Source: Kudoa neothunni (lineage: Eukaryota > Animalia > Cnidaria). From it: DNA of 64,000 bases. The notes below the pieces were generated by a model. It saw only the letters and a list, made by a program, of their open reading frames with translations. It was not told where the DNA came from and ran no database searches. Shown in pieces: positions 12,614-28,276 of this stretch (the first letter of the stretch is position 1; every line of letters starts with the position of its first letter). Location of the stretch: contig OZ199838.1 of assembly GCA_964304625.1 (NCBI GenBank), positions 13,351,945 through 13,415,944 of the forward strand, read 5' to 3'. The position numbers and the translations under genes were made by a program.

Positions 12614-15600
12614 GTTTTTAATGTATTTTTAAATTCTTCGAAACTTTAATATGCCAACAATAATTCAATGTCGTTGTTACGTCGCCGACTATTTGCTTAG
12701 ATAAGGTAATACGTCGGCGCTTTAATAATCTCAATAATAGCTAGTTAAAAATGTTTAATTGACCCCATGGTATTCTATTTGTAATTCACTTTTACCTAAT
12801 AAAATATTTCTACTCTTTTTGTAATATTTACTAATGTGACACCTTTTTATCAGCCAGTTTTATTCAGTTGCTCATCTGAATTGGATACAATTTAAGATAG
12901 GACAATGAACTAGAGATATTTGAAGTATGAATTATAAATAGTTTAATGATACATTTTTCTACTATATACTCTGTTTATAACGATCACAAATATGATTTTT
13001 AGATATGGTGTCCTTGACTTCTTCGGTATTTACTACTTTTAAGATATCCTTACCTATTGTCGGTTAGATAAAATTTTCGATTATTGATTTTATATAAAAT
13101 CTACCAATGACAATATCGATATGAAACTAATGGTGACTGATAAATGTTTAATTCATTTCATTAGAGACAGAATATTAAATAGGGTTTCAGGGTTAAAAAA
13201 ATGAAGGCAATATCTATTTGAGGCATTTATGTTTAAGATGATTGTTCTCAATAATAATAATAATAACTAAACGAGTGTATTTGTTGCTATAACGACTCTT
13301 TAGTAAACACATAAGTGACAGAACATTTCCAAATATCAAAATCTGTGTGTTACTATGAGCTGGAATGGGTTAAAAATAGAATTTTTCGATAACTCGTGTC
13401 ATTCAAATTCAAAGAGAGTGATACACAATCTTAAGCTAAGTAAGCTGGAAATTGAGATTCCTAGAATGTTACCAATGTGCTGTCTTAATTTTTAAAAACA
13501 ATCTTAATGGATCCTTAATTATCCTGACTGAATTTTTTATTGTTGTTATGTTTATAACATATCGGTCGTTATCAATTAGCATAGACTCCTTGAATCGACC
13601 TAATACTCTGATAAGACCCATAAAAGAATATGTTCTCCCTTACTGATCCAAATAGTTTAGAAGAATAATCAGTATTTATAATTTGATATGTATTTAAAAG
13701 TATACATTATCATTGTTGTCTTTAAACAGATTAAATTAAATTATAGCCAAAAATACTATTCACGACCATCTTTTATCTAATTCTCCTAATATTTGTTCAA
13801 CCTTCCCATCGTGTTTAGATCAATTTTACTACCCTAAAGAAGGAATGTACAACATTTTATTGGGCGCCAAGGAGATTAATGACGAATGTATCGGGTTGAA
13901 TACTACTAGAAACGTAAAAATAATTGTAACTATCAAGAAAATAGTCCAAATTTGTATTAGATGCAATATTGCAGAAATTCATCGTATAAATCAGCGCTTC
14001 CCAAATAAAATTTGACTCGTACCCCATTCGATGAAAAAACGAAATTAGCATCTCCTTTGCATACGATAAGGTGTATCTAACTCGAAATTTTTCCAAAATT
14101 ATTTTCCGTTGTGGTCAAATCTCACAACCCCGAACTCATAGTTCGCACCACCGGTGTGAATCATGAATCATGATATGAGAGGATTTTACAGGAGGGAAAA
14201 GACCGTCCGCACATCCACAGAGTGCAATCGTAAACCAACCCATGTTAACTGAACAAAAGTAGATAGAGGGAAAACTGAGGTTCCAGTAAAGAAATTATTA
14301 TACTAAAAGCCGCCAAAAATGATAGCACAATGCTTTAAGGTAACTATTTTATATCAAAGATTATAAACAACATGAAATTCATTATTTGGGATGTTAAGTT
14401 AGACAGTGTAAAGAAAGGAACTTAAGAAGAATTATCGTTGATAATATAGATTAATTTAAAATACTGAACTTATAATACAATCAAGTCGTATCAGATGATA
14501 AGAATAAAAAGTTCCACAATAAAATAACAGCATTAGCTGAAAATATGACAAATTTAACAGACCAAGTTTATAGTATCGTTACTAATAAAGAAATGATAAG
14601 TTAAATGCCGATAATCACCCCAAATCGTTTGTAAATAGGAATATAAGAAATTTAATAAAAATTAGTATTCGAGTTGAACTAGCTTTGTATCTTTATAATA
14701 AAGTCAAAACTCTAATAAACGTATTCTTTTGTTTTTTGATTTGCGTCGTGATGAAGAAAACATGATAATCATTTTTTCTACTGAGAAACATTTATTACTT
14801 CTGAAAAATTCAGGCTATTACATCATGAGGGAAGGAGCCCAAGTCTTTCCTACGAAACTTTTCAGCTGTATTCAATTTGGAATAGTTTATTCAACTTAAT
14901 TATACTTTTAGATATCCTTTTGATGTCAGAATAGTCCGCGAGATTTCCCAGAAGTTATCGGAATAATATAAGAAAAGAATAATATGATGTTACTAAAGAA
15001 TAATATTATCGATTTTGTAATACCACATGTAACCTTGGATTTGATTACTCAAGATGAATCCATTTATGTTAGATGCGATGCATGTGTCCATTTGTGCAAA
15101 TGTCTGAGCCACATCTATCCCATAATTATTTTAAAAAGCATCAACACGTGATACGCAAATTTTTGTATCTTAAAAATTCATCAGCTTTTTTTATATTTTG
15201 TGAGTGCGCTAATTGATTTTTATTCATCTTCACTCTGCTAAATTTCTCCTTATAGCTCTGATCACGAAAAATTCTGAAACGTTGATTTTTAAAATCTGGA
15301 AATAAATTTTGAAAACGAAATGATTAATAAATGAACATAAATTAATAAAATAGAGAAGCAATTTTGTAATGAATATTCAATTTAAAATTAGCATGTGCGC
15401 GCAGCTACATAACACTGTGTAACTTTTTCTTGGCCCCAAAATATTTTGTAATATCGAGACATTACTAAAGCTGTTTCATTGTTAAAATTATACATGTATT
15501 GCTTCGAAGATAAATAAAATATGATCGATCATTGTGTAGTAAATAAAAAAACTAATATAAAACAAACCCTATCAACTGTTTGCAGCGAAAAATTAATACT

Positions 15601-15758
15601 AATACACTATCACGTCCAATTCTCAAAAAAATTTAGACATAATAAGATAAGAGATGAGACAGGAAAAAGCATGAACGTGTTTCATGTGTTATGAATTATC
15701 CGGTCGTTTTGACTTTAATTTATTCAATTTATTAACTACTTAGAAACAAACTCAAGTA

Positions 15759-16401
15759 CAGTCGAACCTCGATTATCCCGAAAATTTGGGGCCAGCAATT
15801 CTCTTTCTGGATAGGGATAGCGAGGTCCCGGCTGATCGAACACAAATAATGCCCCAGGCGCAAACACTCTTTAAAAATTTCTACTTAACGGCTTGTCTGC
15901 TTGATTGATAAACAATTTTTACCATTTATTAAGTAAAATATTTTAACTTCTGCAACTTAAACTAAAAAAATCACATCTATTAATCGAGAACATGGAGACT
16001 CAAGGAAAAACAGTACATAATTGTTGGAGAGAAAACGCCTGCAGAGGAACAACCCACTTTTTAAGATAATCGGTAATAAAATATTTGTCTAATATACATA
16101 CAGGCTGATTCTAAAACGTAGTACAAATTTATATTAGAACAGAAAACTTAACTTTAAAGGAAAAATTTATAAATAATTAACCCAGAAATATTTTTATTTT
16201 AAATATTACATTTTTATATATGCTAAGTTGTATATATCGTGTCGTGATTGATGGATAGCACTTAATCGGGAATTCTGATTAAATAGTTGTTCCGGTTACC
16301 TAGATTCATTCCGGATAATCGAACATTTGTCGGGACGCAATTTCAATAAAATTTAAAATAACCTCTGGATAGCGCGATTTTCGGATATCGAGGTTCGACT
16401 G
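15759..16401. mobile_element. pogo/Tigger-type MITE
   Basis: TIRs cagtcgaacctcgat...atcgaggttcgactg, flanked by TA on both sides (15757-58, 16402-03). Confidence 0.85.
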
Positions 16402-16555
16402 TATTATGATTTTAAGGTGGCCAAAAAAAGATGTAATTGGGCGAACATTCGCTCACAATTACAGCAAACCGGTTAAACATACAATTTCGAAACTAAAAAC
16501 TATTTGAAAATTCATTTAAACACATTTATATTTATTTATATCATTGCCCAGCATC

Positions 16556-19145
<2,590 letters not shown>

Positions 19146-20699
19146 ATTATAAAACCTACAATATTATTAATAATTAATTATTATTGCTATTAAACTTCCA
19201 CAAAAACACAAAAAATAAGCATTGTGCCATATAACAAAACCATCAACTTTCGAACATCGCCTGCGTTATTCATACTCAAACACAAAAAATATATACCAAA
19301 ATCTAATAAGCTATGTACAATAATCGCAGATATTCTAATCAATATCGTCTCTTGGAATAAGAAAAAAACACCGATTCCAACTAACCTCCAAGCAGGTATG
19401 ACGAAAAATGTCGAGGATGTACGATAAAATTCCCCCCGGAAAGTTAAGGGTTCTAATGTAAATTCGTTGATACCGACAAGCTCAAAACGACCCAAACCGA
19501 ATACAAAATTATGGCACAGATAAATAATATTTATTGGGTGTATATTGTGTTGATTTTATTGATATACGAAATAACACTAAATCTATCGAATGAATTGTAT
19601 GTGGAATCGCTATGATCTCCATATGCAATAAATTATCTATTTCGGCTGTACAAAACAATAAACCTAGATAGCAGTGTTATTCGGGTCAAAAATCTAAGCT
19701 TACCTAGTTGGATCCTCATTGTATTTGTATCGGTCAGAATGCGTAGTTTAGTTGTTAGGTCGTTATTCTCAATTTATGGAAATTAGTTTCGAATAAATAT
19801 TTACATATTCACATATTTACTTACTGCTGATAAATAATAATAATAATAATGACGAATAAAAGCAAAAATGGTTTTTTCAGTCACAAAAAATCACCCTTTC
19901 TTAATTACCCACAGTTTCTTTAAAAAATTAAATTTTCAAACCTATATTGAAACAATTTAATATTTTCACGTGTATCATTGGAATTAAAATAAAGCGGATT
20001 TTTCATTGCCACACACGATTACCTTATCTAACGTGCTTCGGTCACTAAATTTGGATTTGGAGTTAATCCAATTAAATCACCCCTTTTTATTAATTTACTA
20101 TAATTAAAATTTAATTCCTATTTATTCGAATGCTTGAAGTAAATTTGTGAAAAATAATTACCAACAAACAAGTGGTGTTATTGTGTTAATCGGCAAATAA
20201 CTATGAAATGAAAATAAATGATACCATGTGAATTAATTCTTAGCTACGCGTGTGAGCTTGAGCTTTACAGGGCTTTGATTGAGTTTATTCTCAGTTTTTG
20301 GATATGATTAACGAATTTCCTTCTGCTTTAGATTGATAGCTATTAAAAACTCAAAGTGTTGGAGTACAAAATCTTTAAGAAAATCACTTTTACATTAAGG
20401 ATTACGTTTATTATGACGTGTCTAGACTTAACAAAATTTCGGAATTTTTATTCATTTACTAAAATTCCTTATTGAGAATTATGTTGCGCTTTTCAGAATA
20501 ATGATAAATTTGAATTATTTTTTTGAAATCCAATTTGATTTACAAACATTTTTAATTAAATAACATTATGATGAACTAAAAAAATAGAAATCTTCAATCG
20601 CAACAACTTATTTAATTTTATGAAAATATCTTTTAATAATTATTACACCTTCAAGAAGCTCTGTGCTAAGTGTTGATCTTCTTAGAGTAAGGATAATGG

Positions 20700-23160
20700 G
20701 GAAATCGTTGGCACCTGAAAATCAACGTCTTGCGCATGTTTTTATTCCATATTTGTCACAATTATTTATAATAAAGCAAAAGAATATCAGGAGCAAAGAT
20801 TGTGCTAAAAATAACAACTAAATTCTACCAATTTTTCCCCGAACATTGTCGTATATGGGTGTAAACTCCATTTTGTTGCAATAAACGTTGAATATTCTAT
20901 TGTTGTTTTTTCAATTAACCGTTAATTTCGTGATTTAACGGTGATGATAATAATTTAATTTCTCAGTTTAATATGCATATGGTTTATTTAATACAAAAAT
21001 CAATTTAAATTATTATATACAGTATTAGATGAAGGATATCTTCCTCTAATGTGTTCTAGTCGTTCTAATTTTAATTGTTTTTAAATAATAAAATGCCGAA
21101 TCAGTGTCAGAAGATCTATGTCACAAATGAGATCGTATGAGCGCAATGATTCTGATTATATGTTTTTTTGTTTGTAACAAGTAATAAAGTTCTCTCCAAA
21201 ACCACTTTAACCCCTAATAGGCGATTTTGGGACCCACGAGTCCACCTGAGTAGTAAATTGATCATAATTCATTCAACGAAGGCTTATTTTATTTTACAAC
21301 TAGTTGTAAATTTTCAATGAATTCGAAATTTTTATTTTAAGCCAATGTTCACCAAAAAAGGATTATGATAATAGTAATATGCTTTATTTGATTTAAAGGT
21401 TAATCTCACAATTGCGCAATAAGTGTATCAGTGTCATATCTGAATTTCTCAAATCAATTATCTACTGACAACAAATTTTAGTGGATTTATTCACTTCTTT
21501 TATTGTAAGCCATCAGAAATGAAGAGCTGAAGACAAAAAAATGGATTTCAACCTGCCTTTAAGCGTTCTCTTGAAGCAGTTAGGTTTAAATTCAATAAAA
21601 AAATTTACCTGTTTGGGTGTCCCCCAAATAAATTATTTATTGCATACCATACACTTTTTATCACGCAATAACGTATTAAAGTAAACAAATACTGCTTAAA
21701 ATATAATCCAATAAAGGATAGAAATTAATCCGGGTAGACTCGTCGTGCCCAACGTCACCTATTAAGGGTTAATATGACTTATGTGAAAAACTAAATTATC
21801 CCCGGAAAAGGGGCGTACATTTCAAATTCAAATTGTCATGGTCCATCTTATAATTTAACAATGACAACAAAATTAAATTATTTATTGGTAGTGCACAGAT
21901 AATACTATTTTATCAGGCTCTAACATTTGTTAATTTGGACAATAAAACGGCGGCCATCTGTTTTATGAAACTTAAAGATATTTGCTTGCTCAACTTTAAT
22001 AGGCGGATGAGTTTGGTGGTGAAAATTTCGTGATTTAAATCCACCTAATTCTCAATGATAATTAAAATAATAATATGAAAAAATAAATGAAAATCATGCT
22101 ATTTTAAATATCAACAATTATTTTGTTATAATCACAAATAGATATGAAAAAATTATTAATAAAGGATAATGTTGGAAAATAAATTTTACCAAGCAAATGG
22201 AATATCTCAGAAACGATTCCGTTACTATATCATTCTTTTACTCTCTCTCTCGAAAGATTGACAGATAATAAAAATCGAAATTTATAATAAAGTTTTTTAT
22301 AAGAAAACTTTTTAATTATGAAGCTGATGAATAAATCAAACAATGACATACAAAATATACATTATCTCATTTTTACTCCCAGTTTTATTTATCAGAAAAG
22401 ATTTGTTATATTAATATTTTTCTATGTAATATCTGTGCACAGATTCTTTGTTTTAAAGTTTTTAATGCATTGAAAGTTTGGAATTGATCATATTACTGTA
22501 AATAATTTTTGTTAAATAATGAATTTTCATGAAAACGCAACTATAGCCCCCTAACATATACATAAAAATTCTATAAAAAATTTGTAAACTAAACATATCA
22601 TTGATAAACTTATAAATTTACATTAAAAGTTAAAATAACATTTTTGTAAAATGGAAAATAAGATGTTTTTGTGAAATATGCAAGTAGTTTATTTTTAGAA
22701 TTTATTTATTTAAAGTTGTTATATTTAAGTAGGAAAAATCTAATTAACGATAATAAATAACTTTTGAGTTAAGAAGTAGGGATTAGAAGAGAATATTCAA
22801 TGTTTATTGCAACACGATGGAGCTTGCACGTGTACCCGACAATGATCGGACGAAGAATTGCTAAATTTAGTTGTTAATTTTGACCATATCTTTTCTATTG
22901 GTATTTTTTACTTTATTATAAACAACCACGAAAAAATTGGGAATAAAACACATGCGCAAGAGTGATTTTTAGGTGACACACTCCCATCACCAAATTTATT
23001 CTTCTCCAAGTTCTTCTAAAACTCACGAAAAATTAAACTAAATAAATATCAATCAATACGTAAAATATGAACAAACTATATGCTGTAGTTAGGAGATATT
23101 CATTCTCTGCGATATAGCCCGAGCGCGATCGGATTATCAGGTACTTGAGAATAGCCACTA
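20700..23160. mobile_element. Decayed long-TIR non-autonomous element (same terminal family as 34991-36539), left terminus eroded
   Basis: 20710-20900 is an inverted match to 22790-22980. The right end ...ggattatcaggtacttgagaatagccact matches the TIR at about 36500-36539. Confidence 0.5.
21211..21768. mobile_element. piggyBac-type MITE nested in the previous element
   Basis: TTAA|cccctaataggcga...tcacctattaaggg|TTAA. Confidence 0.8.
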
Positions 23161-23165
23161 ATTAA

Positions 23166-23397
23166 CCCATAACGGCTAACTATTGGATTCGCACATCCAT
23201 CTTTCTATTATTTTGTTGTAAAATTTGATATATTCTGTGTAATTTCGCCAAATCACGAATTAATTTTATTATGTCAGTCGATATATAATACTTTTTTTTA
23301 ATTCGACGAAATTCTGGCGAATATGCACAATATAATATGTTTAAAACAAAATAATAAAAAAGTTGGGCGCATGGAACCCAAGGCTATCTTTTAAGGG
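23166..23397. mobile_element. piggyBac-type MITE (family shared with 37889-38136)
   Basis: TTAA|cccataacggctaac...ttaaggg|TTAA; inverted homologous copy at 37889. Confidence 0.85.
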
Positions 23398-23427
23398 TTA
23401 ATATTCATTCGTAGCGCGCGCAGCAGC

Positions 23428-26400
23428 ATGGAGGGCGGATTCCCTGCGAAATCATCGAATTTTAAACGCAATTTCTATAAATCATTCAAAAAACCTAAAA
23501 AATCTAAGCTGCTTATTGATAATGAACCCACATTGCAGGGTATGGATATGTTGTAAGGCTATTTTTTGTTAATAAACGTTTAAAGAGAATATTCTGCTTT
23601 CTTCGTCTCAACAATCAATCGTTGACAAATATGATCACTGGAAGTTATATATGAAGGATAATAGTAGTTTAAAATGCGCAAATTTTATAATTCGGTGGCA
23701 TTTAGTGTCACATCAATCTATTGAAATTGTAGATCAACTTGCTACTAGACTTATAGAATTTTTTTCTCTAATATATGGTGAGGTAAAATTATTATTAATA
23801 GCTCAGCACAATTCACAACGGTATACTTGATGTGTGAATATATCTAGGGTCAATTTCCCCAACTTATTATCACATACGAAGGATACGTGGTTCATGTGGA
23901 TGTGACAAAAATGAAAGCATGGAATTGTATTTATGCAAAACGATAGAATTCTTATGTGATTGTTTGTACTTTGTAGATGAATGGTGGCATCGAATATTTA
24001 ACAAAAATCTACTATCGACACCCTTCCATGTGCTTTCTGTGGTTGCTCTCACGTTCCACCAAGTTAAATATGGAATTATGCCTGTCATTTATTAGTTTTT
24101 TATCAGCTATATGAAGATATACATCAAGAAAAGTTGCTTGGCGTTATACAAATAAGATTGCTCAACTGTACAATTAACCATCAAATATTTGATTTGAGAG
24201 CGACTCATTATGGTTACTCAAATAAATAGTTATATTATGTTGATATTTGTGCAGGAAAATTTGTGACTATAAAAGCCAATGTAATAAAAGCTCATTCGGC
24301 ACGATCGTTAGTGGTTGAAATGGAATTTTGTTGTAAAAAATGCTTTATTGTACAAGTAGATCTTAGTTGAAGGCAAGTGTTTAAATTAATAATGGTTTAA
24401 GCGGAAAAAATTCACTCATATGGTTGTCACTTTCCCCACTTCTGTAGGTTTAGATTTTGATAATGTTTCAAGCGAAAAGCATAACGAATTCAACCACTTT
24501 TTATACTAATACTTTTTTCTCTGTTAGTGCACCTCGGAAGAATGCCATAGCAGTCAATTTGACCTGATAGAAAATAGCATAAAAGCTATTGATTGGCAAA
24601 TAATCAAGTATCCAATGCTCCTATTGATATTCACAAAATAATGCGTTACTTGTAGGATTCAAGATTATCTAAATGAGATAGATAATGGGGATGATGACGA
24701 TAATGAGAAATTAGATAGGGCTCTCTCAACAAACACTCAAGATCAAAAACCTATTCCAAAGTCCATTGAGTGTCATCTCTATGGCGATCTTGGTTAATTT
24801 AAGTCTTATTGAGTTTTTCCCTAACTAGCCGCGATTTTCTCTAGTGGATACGTGTATTCCTGGTGATGTGGTTGTAATATCGGGTATTGTTCAAGTGGAT
24901 GATGGAAATCAATGTGACCGCCTGTTATTATATGTTTGTCAATTGTCACTTGGAATGTAGTGAAGGCTGACAAACAAGCACATACCCTTAGTATTCATGT
25001 GAATTCGATTAAAAATTTCACGTTCAATCAACAAATACCCTCAAATATGGCTGAGCCCGTTGAAAACCAGAATAAAAATAAAAAAATTGAAAAAATATTG
25101 ACAGCACAAGTTTGGAATGGTGTGACCAAAACCATCATATAGTTTTGTTGTGAATATAGGAGTTGATGGAGATTGAACCTTTGATTAACTGTTCAAATAT
25201 ATACAACCGAATTATAAAGTGTTTTATTCTAAGATTGGGTATTAGATTAGTTGTGTTGTTAGTTCAATGTGCCCTTCAATATATGGCCATGAAGTAGATT
25301 TTATGATAACAACATATTTATTTGATTAACTTTGAAGAAAGTAAAAGCTGGAATATTGTTGGCAATGATTGGGGGTAGTAAAGAGCCTTATAAAAAGGTT
25401 TGTTATGATCTGCAGCTTTTGCGCATTATCAGCTTAATTAGAGTAATAAATCAAATCAAAGCGTGAGACCCTCGCCTCATGTATTAATTGTTGGAGATCC
25501 TGGTTTGGGAAAAAGCCGAGTTATTAGTTTGATATGTGAGCCGAGTTCTAGTGTTGTTTAAATAGATGATTATTGCAGCCATGAATATAGCCACTAAAAG
25601 TGTCTATGTGTGTGGAAATACTTCTTCTTGTACCGGACTTACGGTACTCATAATTGTTTAACTATATGAGCCACATTTATTCAATTTTCATACATACACA
25701 TTCATTAGGCGTATATGACTAGAGAAGTAGGTTCAAATGATTTTTCCTTGGAAGCTGGAGCAACTGTAATCGCTGATCAAGGTTTGCATAGTTTAATATG
25801 GCCACATATTAAATTGCGTTTATTTAGGTGTGTGTTTTATTGATGAGTTTGATAAAATGTCGAATCAACATGCATCGCTTCTTGAAGTTATGGTACATTT
25901 TTTATATCCATTAGGAATGATAACAGAAAGAATAAATTTAAAAAATATAGGAACAACAAAGTGTGAGCATAGCGAAATGTGGTGTCTTATGCAAGTATAT
26001 TTAGTGAAAGCATAATATATGGATAAATAATTAATAATTAAGTTTGAAAGCTCGAACATCTATTATAGCCGCTGCCAATCCTAAAAATGGGCATTATAAT
26101 CGTAATAATTCCATTATTGAAAATATAAAGTGAATTCATTATGATTTCAAAATTATGTTATCTATTGATTTTAGGATAAATGCTGCTCTTCTCTCTAGAT
26201 TTGATATCGTAATATTATTATAATAAAAATTGTGTTGTATCTATTAATGTTATATCTAAAAGATATTTGTTCTGTTGGACAAACCAAGCGATGTAACATG
26301 TATTGATTTTGATTTTTGTGGGTAAGGGAGACATCTAGAAATTGGATTCCAAAATCTCCGACCATATACTCAACTTACACAGGTTTTTACTCAAATTATC

Positions 26401-27299
26401 AAACGATAATATTATACGGAGAACTTTTAGCAAATCTAAAAAAGGAATTCATCAGTCTATTGATAGCCAACGTTCAAGTGTACACAACATGCAATTTTTG
26501 AGAATAAATAAACATTTTTTTCTGATTAAGAGTAATGAAATTGATCAAATTATTCCACCTAAAATATTGAGAAATGTATAAATATTTACCCAAATATTGA
26601 TTTGGCGGGCTGAACGAATATTAAAATCATTTTTTAAGTATTTGATATACTGTAAAATTACGTGTTTTCCCAAGTTGGATGGTAGAGCTGCAGAAATTCT
26701 CCAAGTTGGTGCTTAAAATTTGAAGTATCAATAATAAGTTGTTTATCTAAATATAGGAACACTACATTGAATGCCGTCACAATTCGAATAGCGATGATTA
26801 TCTACCGATAACTAGTCGATATTTGGAATCCCTTATTAGATTGACTCAAGCTCGAGCAAAAGTCGAACTTAGAGAAATCGCTACCGAATCTGATGCATTG
26901 GATATCGTCAATCTGATGATTGAAAGGTTTTTGATTAATGATGTTTTGTGTTTAATAGTTTTTAAATAGCAAAAAAGATCTAACACTAGATAATTCTTCA
27001 TCCTTACAAAATCCCAGTCAAAAACCAAATGCCAAACTTAGCAAAACTAAACAAATCCAACTCTATCTCAATGAAATAGGAAAATGCGCTAAACTGAATA
27101 ACAATAAAATGTTTTCATACAATCAGCTGGAGGATATTTATACGGTAAACAATTTTTCATACATTCCAGCCGTGAATGTTGATACAATTTCTAGGGCCTA
27201 AAACTCACGCTGTCTGATAATTTTAATGATCTACTTATGAAATTAAACCAACAAGGTATGCTGATAAAAAAGGGTCCCAAACTTTACCAAATTACATAA
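23428..27299 (+). CDS. MCM8: DNA helicase MCM8, many short exons
   Basis: YDHWKLY, zinc finger (CKKC...CTSEEC), IECHLYGDLVDTCIPGDVV, HVLIVGDPGLGKS, TGLT, LEAGA, CFIDEFDKM, IIAAANP, LLSRFD, LESLIRLTQARAKVELR, and the MCM8-type C-terminus QGMLIKKGPKLYQIT*. Confidence 0.92.
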
Positions 27300-27353
27300 A
27301 AAACAAACAACACGAATATTCAATTTTTTAAATTATTGTGTCTTTATCTTTAA

Positions 27354-28276
27354 CCCTCGGAAGACGGATCTCAAAAAACGTACGCGCGTGCCGAAGGGGG
27401 TGCCTAAGGTACCCCAGAGGTTTCTCGATTTAATTCGCTCACTTGGATGAAGAATTCGCTTTATGTAATTATTACTTAGTCAAAAATAAAAATAACCAAC
27501 CCAAATGTAAAAATATTTAACCGACTAGGAAGAAAATACAAGCAATTCGTAGCCATTATTTTTAAGAAAAAAAGCGAGAATAAACAAGAAACTTCTCAAA
27601 AATATAAGTTATTCTTGTAAAAGCTATTAACTAATTATTGGAAAAGTCAAGGTTGATTTTCAAGTGAATTTGTCATTTGAAAGGAACATCCGACAAACCC
27701 GCCGAAACACAGATATCCGAAAATTCCGTTAATCTCATTGTATGATCGTGGTATTAAATCGTGGAATATTTCCTTCCCTTCAAACAACTACCTTTTCTGT
27801 TACAATTTTTATTCAATGGTAAAAATCATGGCTGATGTAAGAAGAAAAACTTGTTTGGAACAAAATTAAATATTACTCGACCTTTACTTTCAAAATTAAT
27901 AAACCACCAAGAGCGCTCGTGCCTTACAATAATCTCAGGATAATCTCCAAACTTGTCGGATTCTTTTGGTAGAAAATAATATCAAAACTTAGTCATACCC
28001 TTATTCATTTTAAAATTAATTTTTAGTTAACATTAAATAAATAATAAATGTAAGATATTTAAAGGCCTCTAAACACTAAATACTATTGGTTCGGGTTTGA
28101 AAAGGTAGTTTCTTATTTTATATCCTTAAGGAAAATTTTTTTGTTAGTTTGGTTTAAAGCTTATTTGATAATGAAAGATTACATGGAAAACAATAGAGAA
28201 ATTAAAAAGATAAAAATATAAATTTCGAAAAATAAAATAATGAGGTTCCTAAAATACCCCGTCCGTCCCGTAAGGG
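27354..28276. mobile_element. piggyBac-type non-autonomous element
   Basis: TTAA|ccctcggaagacgga...tccgtcccgtaaggg|TTAT; the right TSD is mutated. Confidence 0.65.

Noticed and set aside
13857-14096. Possible retroelement integrase relic
   Set aside because: Similarity is too vague to support without a search; no LTR pair was found.
19190-19495. Hydrophobic 101-aa ORF upstream of SRPK
   Set aside because: Non-ATG start and no recognisable motif; more likely SRPK 5' UTR or promoter sequence.
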